From assembly GCF_023055435.1 (NCBI RefSeq), contig NW_025964024.1, forward strand, positions 4,402,001-4,466,000: a DNA stretch of 64,000 nt, given 5' to 3'. This DNA is from Haliotis rufescens. Lineage: Eukaryota. Both the position numbers and the translations under genes were made by a program. Below are positions 27,101 through 40,809 of this stretch, one piece after another. Positions within the stretch are counted from its first letter, which is position 1, and every line of letters begins with the position of its first letter. The notes under the pieces were generated by a model. That model saw only the letters and a list, made by a program, of their open reading frames with translations, searched no databases and had not been told where the DNA came from.

Positions 27101-29093
27101 CTTACCCCATGACCACCCCCTCTATCCTCCATGACCACCCTTCTAACTCCATGACCACCCTTCTAACCCCATGACCACCCTTCTAACCTCCATGACCACT
27201 GCCTCTATCCTCCATGACCACCCTTCTAACCTCCATGACCACCGCCTCTATCCTCCATGACCACCCTTCTAGCCCCATGACCACCCTTCTAACCCCATGA
27301 CCACCTCCTCTTACCTCCATGACCACCCTTCTAACCCCATGACACCCTCTCTTTCCTCCATGACCACCCCCTCTAACCCCATGACCACCCTTCTAACCCC
27401 ATGACCACCCTTCTAACCTCCATGACCACCCCCTCTAACCCCATGACCACCCTTCTAACCCCATGACCACCGCCTCTTTCCTCCATGACCACCCTTCTAA
27501 CCCCATGACCACCCCCTCTTTCTTCCATGACCACCCCCTCTAACCCCATGACCACCTCCTCTTACCTCCATGACCACCCTTCTAACCCCATGACCACCTC
27601 CTCTTACCTCCATGACCACCCTTCTAACCCCATGACCACTGCCTCTATCCTCCATGACCACCCTTCTAACCCCATGACCACCTCCTCTAACCTCCATGAC
27701 CACCCCCTCTAACCCCCATGTCCACCGCCTCTATCCTCCATGACCACCTTTCTAACCTCCATGACCATCCTTCTAACCCCATGACCACCCCCTCTATCCT
27801 CCATGACCACCCTTCTTACCTCCATGACCACCCCCTCTAACCCCATGACCACCCCCTCTTTCCTCCATGACCACCGCCTCTATCCTCCATGACCACCCTT
27901 CTAACCCCATGACCACCTCCTCTAACCTCCATGACCACCCCCTCTAACCCCCATGACCACTGCCTCTATCCTCCATGACCACCCTTCTAACCTCCATGAC
28001 CACCCTTCTTACCCCATGACCACCCCCTCTATCCTCCATGACCACCCTTCTAACTCCATGACCACCCTTCTAACCCCATGACCACCCTTCTAACCTCCAT
28101 GACCACTGCCTCTATCCTCCATGACCACCCTTCTAACCTCCATGACCACCGCCTCTATCCTCCATGACCACCCTTCTAGCCCCATGACCACCCTTCTAAC
28201 CCCATGACCACCTCCTCTTACCTCCATGACCACCCTTCTAACCCCATGACACCCTCTCTTTCCTCCATGACCACCCCCTCTAACCCCATGACCACCCTTC
28301 TAACCCCATGACCACCCTTCTAACCTCCATGACCACCCCCTCTAACCCCATGACCACCCTTCTAACCCCATGACCACCGCCTCTTTCCTCCATGACCACC
28401 CTTCTAACCCCATGACCACCCCCTCTTTCTTCCATGACCACCCCCTCTAACCCCATGACCACCTCCTCTTACCTCCATGACCACCCTTCTAACCCCATGA
28501 CCACCTCCTCTTACCTCCATGACCACCCTTCTAACCCCATGACCACTGCCTCTATCCTCCATGACCACCCTTCTAACCCCATGACCACCCCCTCTAACTC
28601 CCATGATCATTCCTCTTACCCCATGACCACCCCCTCTAACTCCCATGATCATTCCTCTTACCCCATGACCACCCCCTCTAACTCCCATGATCATTCCTCT
28701 TACCCCATGACCACCCCCTCTAACCTCCATGATCATCCCTCTGACCTCCATGACCACCCCCTCTAACCTCCATGACCACCCCCACTAACTTCTGTGACCA
28801 CCCCTCTAACTCCCATGATCATCCCTCTAATCTCCATGACCACCCCCTCTAACTTCTATGACCACTCCTCTAACCTCCATGACCTGCCCCTCTAACTTCC
28901 ATGACCACCCCTCTAACTCCCATGATCATCCCTCTAACCTCCATGACCACCCCCTCTAACTTCCATGACCACTCCTCTAACCTCCATGACCACCCCCTCT
29001 AACTTCCATGACCACTCCTCTCACCTCCATGACCACCACCTCTAACCTCCATGACCACTCCTCTAACCCCATGACCACCACCTCTAACCTCCT
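24200..29093. repeat. 4.9-kb C-rich 20-23-bp minisatellite (ccatgaccaccc(c/t)(c)tctaacc)n with a 907-bp internal duplication
   Basis: Identical translated blocks at 27373 and 28280 (offset 907). Confidence 0.97.
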
Positions 29094-30379
29094 TGTCATG
29101 ATATGGCTGAAATAATGTCGATGTGACGTTAAATATTAATTCACTCACTCTATCCTCCATGACCACCCCCTCTCATCCCTCTAATTTATATATGTTAATC
29201 AGGAATATAAACTTTCCTGGAAAAGCACGAACTTGTCCTTCCATAGGCATCAAGTGTCCTTGTTTAATCATTGTACGTGGAGTGTTGGATGCATACTGCA
29301 GTGCTTGAAACACACTGGCCCTCTGCTTGTCATGTCCTCACAGACTCTCAATACCAGTCTTTGATGAAATCCCAGCAACAATGACATAATCTACTCAATG
29401 CCTTTGATATTATTTGAAGGACTTTCTTTTTGAGTAAATTCTGTGTTGGGCAAAAATAGAAAAGTTTTTCATTTCTTGTTCAGTCGCATCAATTTCCACC
29501 TGTTTTTCAAACGGAATTTTATTTCAAGGCCAGGGCTGATTCTGTAAGAAAAAAAGAAACGCAACTTCTTTTGGGGCTGAGTAGACAAATTGTCACCACA
29601 AGACCACATCTGAACAGCCATGTTTAGTTTGACTGGCTCTAATGGATTAACAGCAACAGGGCACCATAAAAATGAAGGAATCGAGGATGACAGGATAACC
29701 TGACTTCTGATGTGACCATTATGAAGTAAAACTTGCTTCCATTATGATCTCAACAAAGCATTTGCTGCCAGGAATGACTGACAGGGGCAAAGGGATGGAG
29801 CCCATTGATTGAGTGCTTCCCCTGCTGTATGAATGCCCCTTTCACTTTGGGAGGAAAAAATACAAATATTCTTGCAATTTTGTATGTTCTTGATTTGCAA
29901 GCATCAGAATTTGTTTGATATGGCTAGAATGGAGGATGTAAATAAAGCACTGGTTAAATATAGTGTTGTCAGTGGAGGGAGGGAGAGGTGTTTGGTCAGG
30001 CTTTACCTGGAATCTCGTGGCAGGTACTTGTTTTTGTGGGCAAATTACACACTTCCCGGCAGTTATTTCATGAATGTGTGACAAGCTAGCAGGGGAGAAG
30101 GGCGTGGGGTCTGATTGTCACGATTACAACACTATATCAACTTATCTGTCGAAATTCAATTAGCATCGGTTGTGTGATTGTTTGTACATTTAATGTTGAT
30201 TTGCTGTGTCACTTGTAGTCCGTGGGCTGTTACGTCATGTACTGCATCCTGTTATTGTCCCTCTGTCCACAGATCGACCTTGTGCCCCGTGCTTTGTGGA
30301 CAATGATGAAGACATGTTCACAAATACTGGGGACGTTTTATTTGCTGATCTGACGTGATTTTTGGTGTTTCTTTTTTAG

Positions 30380-30413
30380 GCGGGGACTGCTGGCTGTTTA
30401 CCTTACAAACTTG
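30380..30413 (+). CDS. TMEM135: TMEM135 exon 4, 34 nt, phase 2 to 0
   Basis: gtttcttttttag acceptor and TTG|gtgagt donor. Translates (R)RGLLAVYLTNL, compared with recalled RGLLTIYMANL. Confidence 0.9.
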
Positions 30414-30869
30414 GTGAGTTGCTGGCCCAGTGGTGGCCTCGCTGCGCGTCTGCTTCAAGCACAGTTTGGAGCCACATGCAAAACACAGCACATGACTGCA
30501 AAATTCAACATGGCTGCCTCTGTTCGGTTTCAGCAGGCCACAATATTTGCTTTGACCCCTGCCCATTTGAGCCAACATTTGGCAGTGAGGCTACTGACCT
30601 CTCCCAAACCCATCTAAACAAAGCTCCCAGTTTCTCTCAAATAATTGCTTCAAACTGGCAGCCTGTAGAAAATTGCCTAACATTTGTCAGCTTGTTATTT
30701 ATAGAGTTTTCTCTATTTGTCCACAATCAATCTGACATCTATTTCCTCTCTTGGTGTGGGAATGTGGAACAATTTGAAAATCCTTTTGCTTTTGCTTTAC
30801 TGCTCACAGTTAGATGGAATGATGTAGTGTGGTTTGTGTCCGGAGATCTTCCCATGTGGCTGGAACCTG

Positions 30870-31292
30870 TGTCCTGCTGTCTTGCTTTGTCCCGCTGTGA
30901 CTTGCTGTGACTTGCTGTGACTTGCTGTGCCTTGCTGTGTCCCACTGTGCCTTGCTGTGCCTTGCTGTGCCCACTGTGCCTTGCTGTGCCCACTGTGCCT
31001 TGCTGTGCCTTGCTGTGTCCCGCTGTAACTGCTGTCTTGTGCCTTGCTGTTCCTTGCTGTATCCCACTGTGCCTTGCTGTGCCTCGTTGTGTCCCGCTGT
31101 ACCTGCTGTCTTGTGCCTTGCTGTGTCCCGTTGTCACTTGCTGTGCCTGCTGTGCCTTGCTGTGCCTGCTGGTTCCCGCTGTACCTGCTGTCTTGTGCCT
31201 TGCTGTGCCTTGCTGTGCCTTGCTGTGCCTGCTGGTTCCCGCTGTACCTGCTGTCTTGTGCCTTGCTGTCACTTGCTGTGCCTGCTGTGTCT
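30870..31292. repeat. 10-bp-based repeat (ccttgctgtg)n
   Basis: Direct inspection. Confidence 0.92.
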
Positions 31293-31796
31293 TGCCGAAG
31301 TCCCACACATCTCTGTAACACTCCTGCCACCACCTCACAGCCATGTTTAACACACTAATGCTAATGTCCCTACAACTGCTCCATATCACTGAGTCTCACA
31401 CCCAGACTAACATTGAGCCTCTGTGACAAAAAGAAATACACCACATGAAATTTAGGGGTGTCGACACTGTTGAGGTCACCCCAGTAGTGTAGACTTGCTG
31501 ACATGTAGACTTGATCTGGGGTCCTTCTGAAACCACCAACATAACTTAAGAAGTAACTTGTATAACAGTTTTAGGACCATCAGCCCTATACAGATATTAT
31601 TAACACTGTGATGTAGACTTGCTGACATGTAGACTTGATTTGGGTTTCTTTCTTGCATTCCAAAATTATAAATAACACTGATTATTAATATGTGTTGGTT
31701 ATTACTGGCAAATGTTGAAAATATATAAATATCCTATTAAAATTAAAGCATCTTAGTGTTGACATTTGAAATGTCTTAATTGAAATGTCCTTGGAC

Positions 31797-31955
31797 GGGG
31801 AAGTTGGGTAGCCTAGTGGTTAAAGTATTCACTTGTCAAGCCGATGGTGTGGGTTTGATTCTGACTTGGGTACAAAGTGTGAAGCTCATTTCTGGCGTCC
31901 CCCGCCATGATATTGCAGGAACCTCACTCACTAACTAAAACCACACTCACTATTC
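31797..31955 (+). mobile_element. SINE family B, diverged
   Basis: gggtagcctagtggttaaag through ccccgccatgatattgc, with actc tail. Confidence 0.75.
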
Positions 31956-32623
31956 ACTGATGACCTTGGCTACCTCCTGGTGAAGGTCACGAACAACACA
32001 GTCCCAAGCATGTAGATTGCAGTATTAACTTGTTGGCATTGATTCTCATTTTGTGTTTAGAATCATTTATCTCTTAAAATGTCTAGATCTGAGAAAGTTT
32101 TATTTTGAATTACTGAAAGTAAGCCACAGTTTTATTTATTTCTTGGTCTACAGGATTTATTTCATTAGTAGATCTGAAAAAAAGTACAAAAGGTTTTGGT
32201 GCCAAACTGAAAATACCTTTCTTTAGGAAATCTTTTTAAAAAATGTCAGTGATTGGTGAAGTTTGGTGAGGTTTTATTTGAAATATTGTTTCAACAAAAG
32301 AGCACATCTCACTGAAAGGAATTTAGGAGTTGTCAGATTTTTTTCTTACAAATATATTTTGGTCAACTGCCAATGTGACACAATAAATGACCTTATCTCA
32401 TATCAGTTTTTGTACAGGTCAGTAAGGGCACTCGGGGTTTATGTAGTCAGATTGTGACAATATATGAATCCATTATTATTAAATTTACTATCATAATAAC
32501 GAAATTTGAGTTTTGAACAAAATAACATGTGGCAGTATAGACATTTGATTAGGGAAGAGACGTCCATGAACTCACATCCTTATGTGTATCACTTCTAAAT
32601 GCCATTCAAAGACAAAGTTGAGG

Positions 32624-32789
32624 CAATTTATGGATAACAACTTCTTTATTTACTGTAAAGGCGACGTTTTGGTATAGATCCATATACCGTTGTCAAGCAA
32701 GCAATGTCAGCCTTGCTTGACAACGGTATAAGGATCTATACCAAAACGTCGCCTTTACAGTAAATAAAGAAGTTGTTATCCATAAATTG
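32624..32789. mobile_element. Inverted repeat (78-bp arms, 10-bp spacer) resembling paired Penelope-like element termini
   Basis: Arms 32624-32701 and 32712-32789 differ at one position. Each carries ttgacaac-ggtata/tatacc stem-aaaacgtc followed by aataaa. Confidence 0.65.
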
Positions 32790-33159
32790 TGTCTAATTTG
32801 TCATCTGTCAACTTTTAAGTGATGCCTATCAAACAATTAAGCCTTTCAAAGACTAAGGTTTGATTTCAAAAACTTTTTTCTGTCCTCAAAACATTTTTTA
32901 AAAAGAGGGCAAAGAAACATGCTTTTTGATTCCTCCAACTGTTTTTCAACAAATCTTTTACTGCAGTACTAGCAGATCAAAACAAGTCTCAGATGAAGTA
33001 ACTGTTTCTACTGTTTCACAGTAACAACTGTGTGTGGTAGGAATCTGATCAGGTTCAGTCAGGTCGCATTGCAGCCACTGAGGGGGTAATTCAGAAGACA
33101 CGGGAGATGTGAGGAGGGTGGTTACTGGTCGATGGTACCAGTGCCACAACCACAACACA

Positions 33160-35560
33160 GTGCTCTTCTTCCTCCTAGTACACTGCAACACCGCCCTCTT
33201 CTCCACCCAGTACAACACCGCCCTCTTCTCCACCCAGTACACTGCAACACCGCCCTCTTCTCCACCCAGTACACTACAACACCGCCCTCTTCTCCACCCA
33301 GTACACTGCAACACCGCCCTCTTCTCCACCCAGTACACTACAGCACCGCCCTCTTCTCCACCCATTACAACACCGCCCTCTTCTCCACGCAGTACACTGC
33401 AACACCGCCCTCTTCTCCACCCTTTACAACACCGCCCTCTTCTCCACCCAGTACACTGCAACACCACCCTCTTCTCCACCCAGTACAACACCGCCCACTT
33501 CTTCACCCAGTACACTGCAACACCGCCCTCTTCTCCACCCATTACAACACCGCCATCTTCTCCACCCAGTACACTGCAACACCACCCTCTTCTCCACCCA
33601 GTACAACACCGCCCACTTCTTCACCCAGTACACTGCAACACCGCCCACTTCTCCACCCTGTACACTTCAACACCGCCCACTTCCCCACGCAGTACACTAC
33701 AACACTACCCTCTTCTCCAACCAGTACAACACTGCCCTCTTCTCCACCCAGTACACTGCAACACTGCCCTCTTCTCCACCCAGTACAACACCGCCCACTT
33801 CCCCACGCAGTACACTACAACACTACCCTCTTCTCCACCCAGTACAACACCGCCCACTTCCCCACGCAGTACACTACAACACCGCCCTCTTCTCCACCCA
33901 GTACACTGCAACATTGCCCTCTTCTCCACCCAGTGTACTGCAACACTGCCCTCTTCTCCACCCAGTACGCTGCAACACCGCCCTCTTCCCCACCCAGTAC
34001 AACACCGCCCTCTTCTCCACCCAGTACAACACCGCCCTCTTCTCCACCCAGTACACTACAACACTGCCCTCTTCTCCACCCAGTACACTGCAACATTGCC
34101 CTCTTCTCCACCCAGTGTACTGCAACACTGCCCTCTTCTCCACCCAGTACACTGCAACACTGCCCTCTTCTCCACCCAGTACACTGCAACATTGCCCTCT
34201 TCTCCACCCAGTGTACTACAACACCGCCCTCTTCTCCACCCAGTACACTGCAACACTGCCCTCTTCTCCACCCAGTACACTACAACACTGCCCTCTTCTC
34301 CACCCAGTACACTGCAACATTGCCCTCTTCTCCACCCAGTGTACTACAACACTGCCCTCTTCTCCACCCAGTACACTACAACACCGCCCTCTTCTCCACC
34401 CAGTACACTACAACACCGCCCTCTTCTCCACCCAGTACACTGCAACATTGCCCTCTTCCCCACCCAGTACAACACCGCCCTCTTCTCCACCCAGTACACT
34501 GCAACACTGCCCTCTTCTCCACCCAGTACACTACAACACTGCCCTCTTCTCCACCCAGTACACTGCAACATTGCCCTCTTCTCCACCCAGTGTACTACAA
34601 CACTGCCCTCTTCTCCACCCAGTACACTGCAACATTGCCCTCTTCTCCACCCAGTGTACTGCAACACTGCCCTCTTCTCCACCCAGTACGCTGCAACACC
34701 GCCCTCTTCCCCACCCAGTACAACACCGCCCTCTTCTCCACCCAGTACACTGCAACATTGCCCTCTTCTCCACCCAGTACACTACAACACTGCCCTCTTC
34801 TCCACCCAGTACACTGCAACATTGCCCTCTTCTCCACCCAGTGTACTACAACACCGCCCTCTTCTCCACCCAGTACACTGCAACATTGCCCTCTTCTCCA
34901 CCCAGTGTACTGCAACACTGCCCTCTTCTCCACCCAGTACGCTGCAACACCGCCCTCTTCCCCACCCAGTACAACACCGCCCTCTTCTCCACCCAGTACA
35001 CTGCAACATTGCCCTCTTCTCCACCCAGTACACTACAACACTGCCCTCTTCTCCACCCAGTACACTACAACACTGCCCTCTTCTCCACCCAGTGTACTGC
35101 AACACTGCCCTCTTCTCCACCCAGTACGCTGCAACACCGCCCTCTTCCCCACCCAGTACAACACCGCCCTCTTCTCCACCCAGTACACTGCAACATTGCC
35201 CTCTTCTCCACCCAGTACACTACAACACTGCCCTCTTCTCCACCCAGTACACTGCAACATTGCCCTCTTCTCCACCCAGTGTACTGCAACACTGCCCTCT
35301 TCTCCACCCAGTACGCTGCAACACCGCCCTCTTCCCCACCCAGTTCAACACCGCCCTCTTCTCCACCCAGTACACTGCAACATTGCCCTCTTCTCCACCC
35401 AGTACACTACAACACTGCCCTCTTCTCCACCCAGTACACTACAACACTGCCCTCTTCTCCACCCAGTACACTACAACACCGCCCACTTCTCCACCCCAGT
35501 ACACTGCAACACCACACTCTTCTCCACCCAGTGCAACATCATGCTCTTTTCCCCCCTCCC
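33160..35560. repeat. 32/27-bp minisatellite (cacccagtacactgcaacactgccctcttctc)n
   Basis: Direct inspection. No stop codon in any + frame, which explains the long spurious ORFs. Confidence 0.97.
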
Positions 35561-36111
35561 AGTACAATGCTGCACTCAAGTTCTTCCCCCTTACCCCAAT
35601 ACCACAACACCACCCATGTTTTTCTACTCCCAAAACCACAATTCCTCACCACCCCCCTCAAACACTGCGCTCTTCTATCCCCCCAATACAACACTGCGCT
35701 CTTCTCCCCCCAATTACCACAACTCCACACTTTTCTCCCCCAAGGGATGGCAGCTACAGTCCTCCACATACCGCACCTTGTCGTGCTGTTGTGCTGATAC
35801 TCTCCCCTATAAAATTTAATTAGAATGAGACGAAACTAAAATCATTGCTTTAATGATGGGTTATTGATAAAATAAAAAAAAGTAGCTAATCTTCCTCCTC
35901 GTAAATCTGTCAAGTGAGCTGCAAATTATGTGGGAGTCATGATTTTCTCTTGTTACCGTGGGTACGGGAAGGGTTCGGGAAGGGTAATATTTCTGTGTGC
36001 TGATTGTTTCATGCAGGATTTAATTACATAAGATTGTAGGCTAAAGTAGCGTATTTAGGCTACGTCTTCATTGGGCATGTTCCATGCTGTTTGCCTTAGG
36101 TCCTGGGGCTA

Positions 36112-37210
36112 TTCAGGTGGGGTAGGTTTAGTTCAGGTGGGGTAGGTTTAGATCAGGTGGGGTAGGTTTAGTTCAGGTGGGGTAGGTTTAGATCAGGTGG
36201 TGTAGGTTTAGATCAGGTGGGGTAGGTTTAGTTCAGGTGGGGTACATTGGTATGGGCAGAAGAGGTAGGGTAGGTTTAGTTCAGGTGGGGTAGGTTTAGA
36301 TCAGGTGGTGTAGGTTTAGATCAGGTGGGGTAGGTTTAGTTCAGGTGGGGTACATTGGTATGGGCAGAAGAGGTAGGGTAGGTTTAGTTCAGGTGGGGTA
36401 GGTTTAGATCAGGTGGTGTAGGTTTAGATCAGGTGGGGTAGGTTTAGTTCAGGTGGGGTAGGATTAGTTCAGGTGGGGTAGGTTTAGATCAGGTGGGTAG
36501 GATTAGTTCAGGTGGGGTAGGATTAGATCAGGTGGGGTAGGTTTAGTTTAGGTGGGGTAAGATTAGTTCAGGTGGGGTAGGTTTAGTTCAAGTGGGATAG
36601 GTTTAGATCAGGTTGGGTAGGTTTAGTTCAGGTGGGGTAGGTTTAGTTCAGGTGGGGTAGGTTTAGTTCAAGTGGGATAGGTTTAGATCAGGTGGGGTAG
36701 GTTTAGTTCAGGTGGGGTAGGTTTAGTTCATGTGGGGTAGGTTTAGTTCATGTGGGGTAGGTTTAGTTCAGGTGGGGTAGGTTTAGTTCAGGTGGGATAG
36801 GTTCAGTTCAGGTGGGGTAGGTTTAGTACAGGTGGGGTAGGTTTAGTTCAGATGGGTATGGACAATAGAGGTGGGGTATATTTAGGGAGGGTTTAGTTCA
36901 GTTTGGGTAGGTTTAGTTCATTTTGGGAAGGTTTAGTTTGGTTGGGGTAGGTTTAGTTCATTTTCGGTAGGTTTAATTTTGGTGGGTAGGTTTAGTTCAT
37001 TTTGGGAAGGTTTAGTTTGGGTAGGGTAGGTTTAGTTTGGGTGGGTAGGTTTAGTTCATTTTAGGAAGGTTTAGTTTGGGTTGGGTAGGTTTAGATCAGT
37101 TTGGGTTTGGTAGGTTTAGTTTGAATGGGGTAGGTTTAGTTGGGGTGGGGTGGGGTGGCTTTAGTTGGGGTGGGGTAGGTTTAGTTGTGGGTATGGGCAG
37201 TAGAGGTGGG
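36112..37210. repeat. 20-bp G-rich minisatellite (gttcaggtggggtaggttta)n
   Basis: Direct inspection; degenerates toward the right. Confidence 0.95.
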
Positions 37211-38164
37211 TGGAGTTTCAAAATATTTAGAACCGGTACAATCAGTCACTTTAAACATGTTTCATAAAATGAGTCTGCCATCTGTATTTGATAGACTTGT
37301 CATTATTATGTCTGTTGCTATTTATACTGCACTGATTACACAAGCCATTCAAACCTGAAGGAGCCATTACTTGAAGAATGTGCAGTTTTTGCACCTCACT
37401 CATCTGAATGGGAGATGTGACATGTATATCCTGCAGGGAAAACCTGCTGACACATGGAGGATGTAGATAAAGCTGTCAGTATGTATAATACCCAAACACA
37501 GTGGCCAGGTGGGGGAACTCACATTAACAACACGGCCAGCTGAGATGAACCCTCATAAGTGAGGGTTTATGGCAAGGTGAGCTGCCTGCAAGCCTACAGC
37601 TGGAGACTGGTCCTAGGGGCTGTCATGTAATTCACTGATCAAGAAGCAAGCTTGTGTGTTTCCTTGTGCGTACACTTATTATCACATATCAGATTTGAAA
37701 ACAAAGACAAAGTGGTTTGTGATGAAAGATAATGTAATGCATTTTGAAAATTCTGAAATAAACAAGGTGTTGCTTTCAGACCTGAAACACATGCTAGCAG
37801 CTGTGAAATTGACGTTGAGCTTTTGGTGGAAAAATGAGGTCGCAAGGCTAAGATATATACTTTTGAAATGGTGTTCATACAAACATTTCTTCATCATGTT
37901 AGTGAGCAATGCACATTTACCTGATCTGGGAACACACCTGAGCACAGGTAGATCAGAAACAGACAGGTGAGCCTGGTACTGTAATAGACATGATGCAATC
38001 AATTATTGCTGTAATTAGAATATTCCAATGTATAAAAAAGCTTGCAATTTGCTCTCATTCAGTTTATTCAGTTTCATATTTTTGAAATCTGATTCAAGTT
38101 AGTCCTAGATATTATGTTTTTAAACTTTTATCAAGAAAATCCAGATGAATTTCAATGTACAATT

Positions 38165-38440
38165 GGGGGCACGGGTGGCCCAGTCGTCTAAGGCGCCGCG
38201 ATTAGCTGTGCAGAGTTGCGTCCCTTGGGCACGCCAGAAACCTATGATTGTGGGTTCGAATCCCGGTTCGCCCCAATTATGTTTCTAGGTTGGTCAGCAC
38301 CATACCCGTGCTCGTGGGTTTCACCGAAGTGGTAAACGTCTGAGACCTGCATCACTTCGGGCTTTCCTCCCACATTAAGCTGACACGCCGTGATATAACT
38401 GGAATACTGTTAAAAGCGGCGTTAAACACAACTCACTCAC
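38165..38440 (+). mobile_element. SINE family C with TSD
   Basis: TSD tcaatgtacaattg. Confidence 0.9.
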
Positions 38441-39086
38441 TCAATGTACAATTGTTTCATTAGAATTGCAAAATCGTCAGGATTATCACTGGAACATAAG
38501 GTTCGTGAAGTTTGTAACCATACAAAGCTAATACTATACTAAATATGTGATGAATATCACTCTAAATCTCTAAAGGAATCCTCATACTTCATTCCTTTAA
38601 GAGAGTCCCAAGAAAGGGTCATAAATGTAGTTGTCTTAAGCTCAAGGTTCGGACATAATTATTTCAGCCTGAAAGTGCATGGGTGTATGTTCTGATGTTC
38701 GGGTCTTTGAGAAAATAGTGCTTTTGTTTCGCAAGTATTTGCTTGCTCTTTGTCATGAAACATGGTTCAGAGAAGTGCATATATATTGAACATTTTTAAT
38801 GTACATGTGACTCAATCAACTAATCCTATACAAACAGTGTATGCCAGGTGACAGACTGATTCAATTATGCCACTAATATCAGCCATGGTTTCATTTCTTG
38901 GTCACCAGTTGTCCCACTATTGTCAACCATGAATAGCTTTTCTAGAGATCGTCGCATTCATATGGATGAGATTATCTTATATTGTGTTGGGAGGACAAGG
39001 AGAAGAGGGGGAAAGTTGGGTAACAGCTGTTGGGTACTTTCACAGCTTGTGTCATTATATGCCAGTGGAACTCTCTAGTATTTACG

Positions 39087-39408
39087 GACTGAGAGTGGAA
39101 GGTCCGGGGTTCGATCCCCGGCCATGTCCTACCTAAAGACGTTAAGAGATGGTACTTGCTGTTACCCTGTCTGGCGCTCAGTATTAAGAGGCTAAAACAA
39201 GGACCGGTCAGCTCGGAGTCAGTATACTGTATCTGAGTGGGGTATTCATGTTAAACCGCAGCATGGTATCTCAGTGGGCAAGCACTATAAATTGGCGTCA
39301 GTCCGAACTAGTACAAGCAGCCACACGCACACACACACGTGCATGCATGTTGCTATATAAGTGCAATAACCTTGGATGTGACGTTAAACCCCATTTCACC
39401 TCACCTCT
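39087..39408 (+). mobile_element. SINE family D, 5'-clipped
   Basis: High similarity to 51634-51988. Confidence 0.85.
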
Positions 39409-40619
39409 TGTATTACCATCACTAACATTTTGTTGAGTTATCTGCCCTTCAGTTGTAGCAACTTCAGTAATGCTATTGTAGTTTACGCAGTCCTTTCCTG
39501 GGCGAAATTCCTAGTGTTTGTAGCCCAGTGTGACGGGATTGTGGTGTTTCTGTTGTACTTTGTTCCAGCTGTTGTCTCCAGAGGTCGCCAGGTACTGACA
39601 CACAGTCAGATGTGGTGGGGAGATTGGTATTGCCGGACCTGATCAATGGCAGGCCGGATTATCCTTCTCACCTCGACAAAGGCCCTACTTTGTTATTCTC
39701 CCAGCGCTGGGCTAAGTAGCTGAATTACATCCTAATTTCAAATTAAAATCTGATTATACTTGGAAATTACAAGGACACATCCGATTTGTTAGTGTCTGTG
39801 TATAATTTGGTAATACTTGACTTTGTAAGTTCAGTCACTGGCAAACTTTCGGAAATAATAATTTGCTTTTGTGAAAAGTATGAACAAGCACACTGCTTGT
39901 TTATATGGAAAATAGATTTTAATTTTGAAGGTTCTTATGTGAAATTCAGGGGGATTATTTATTTCGATTCGATTGCATAGGCTCTGTATTGAACACATAT
40001 TGATGACTGGCCTGTCCCCACTGATGAGCCAGGACCCGAGTCACCAGGGTAGGAGTCGATCGCAGCCTGTACTGGTTACAGAAGAGAAGAGAACTCTTTC
40101 ATGTTTTCAATATTGATCATAATTGGTCAGTTCTTGCAGTCTGAGGAAGAAGGTGTGTGACAGCACACTGAATCTGAAACATCAAGTCCTAATCCATTCT
40201 CATTACCTCAACAGCCTTTCCAGAATGAAATTTGGGGGATTAGAAGTTGGATAATCATTCTGAGAGGAAGTTTATCAGAACACTGGGAGACAAACACTGA
40301 GAACACAATCACGAATGTGGACTCGGATTTTGAGGGTACGGAGTATACAAGGGTTTTCTGGGACTACAGGCGGCAAGCTGTCAACTTCACTCAAGATGTG
40401 GGAATGAGCGTGCATATATTATAGACAGAAGAAGGAGAAGCCTGTCAGACATCAAAGTTAAACGATCATAATCTGCTCCGTGAGTGCCACCGATTGAAGA
40501 ATGTGCACTTTGTACTGTGGGAGTGATCTGCTAGACCTCCCCACCTCCTGCTGCTGTTGATCTTGCATCAGGCTTCACGACAGACTGATTGTAGTCAGAA
40601 TGTGGCGTAATGCTCAGAC

Positions 40620-40809
40620 TAGACTTGCACATGTCTAAAAGGCAATATTTATAAGTTTAAATCATTATTTCTAGACTCCGTAAATAATAACAAGTTGTTC
40701 CTATAAGAGACTGGAGTGTACTGTCCACATATCTAGACTTGCCAATTAGCAGGATAGAATTACGATGCATCCAAGGACTTTTCTTTCAGTACAGCCTTGG
40801 AGCAAGGCT
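40620..40809 (-). mobile_element. Family E copy
   Basis: tagacttgcacatgtct through agccttggagcaaggct. Confidence 0.75.

Noticed and set aside
30318-30353. SQILGTFY, resembling the exon 3 start (KILGKFY), as a third exon copy
   Set aside because: No acceptor at the right position, an immediate stop codon and no ERK motif. Likely chance.
33109-35823. 904, 895 and 627 aa ORFs
   Set aside because: All three + frames are open only because the 32-bp C-rich unit has no stop codon. The region is an intronic minisatellite.
37656-38002. Overlapping ~105-aa ORFs in non-repetitive sequence
   Set aside because: No recognisable homology or convincing exon structure.
40015-40170. ctgatgag and ctgaggaag...tgaaacatc hammerhead-like words
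   Set aside because: No complete three-stem fold could be built.
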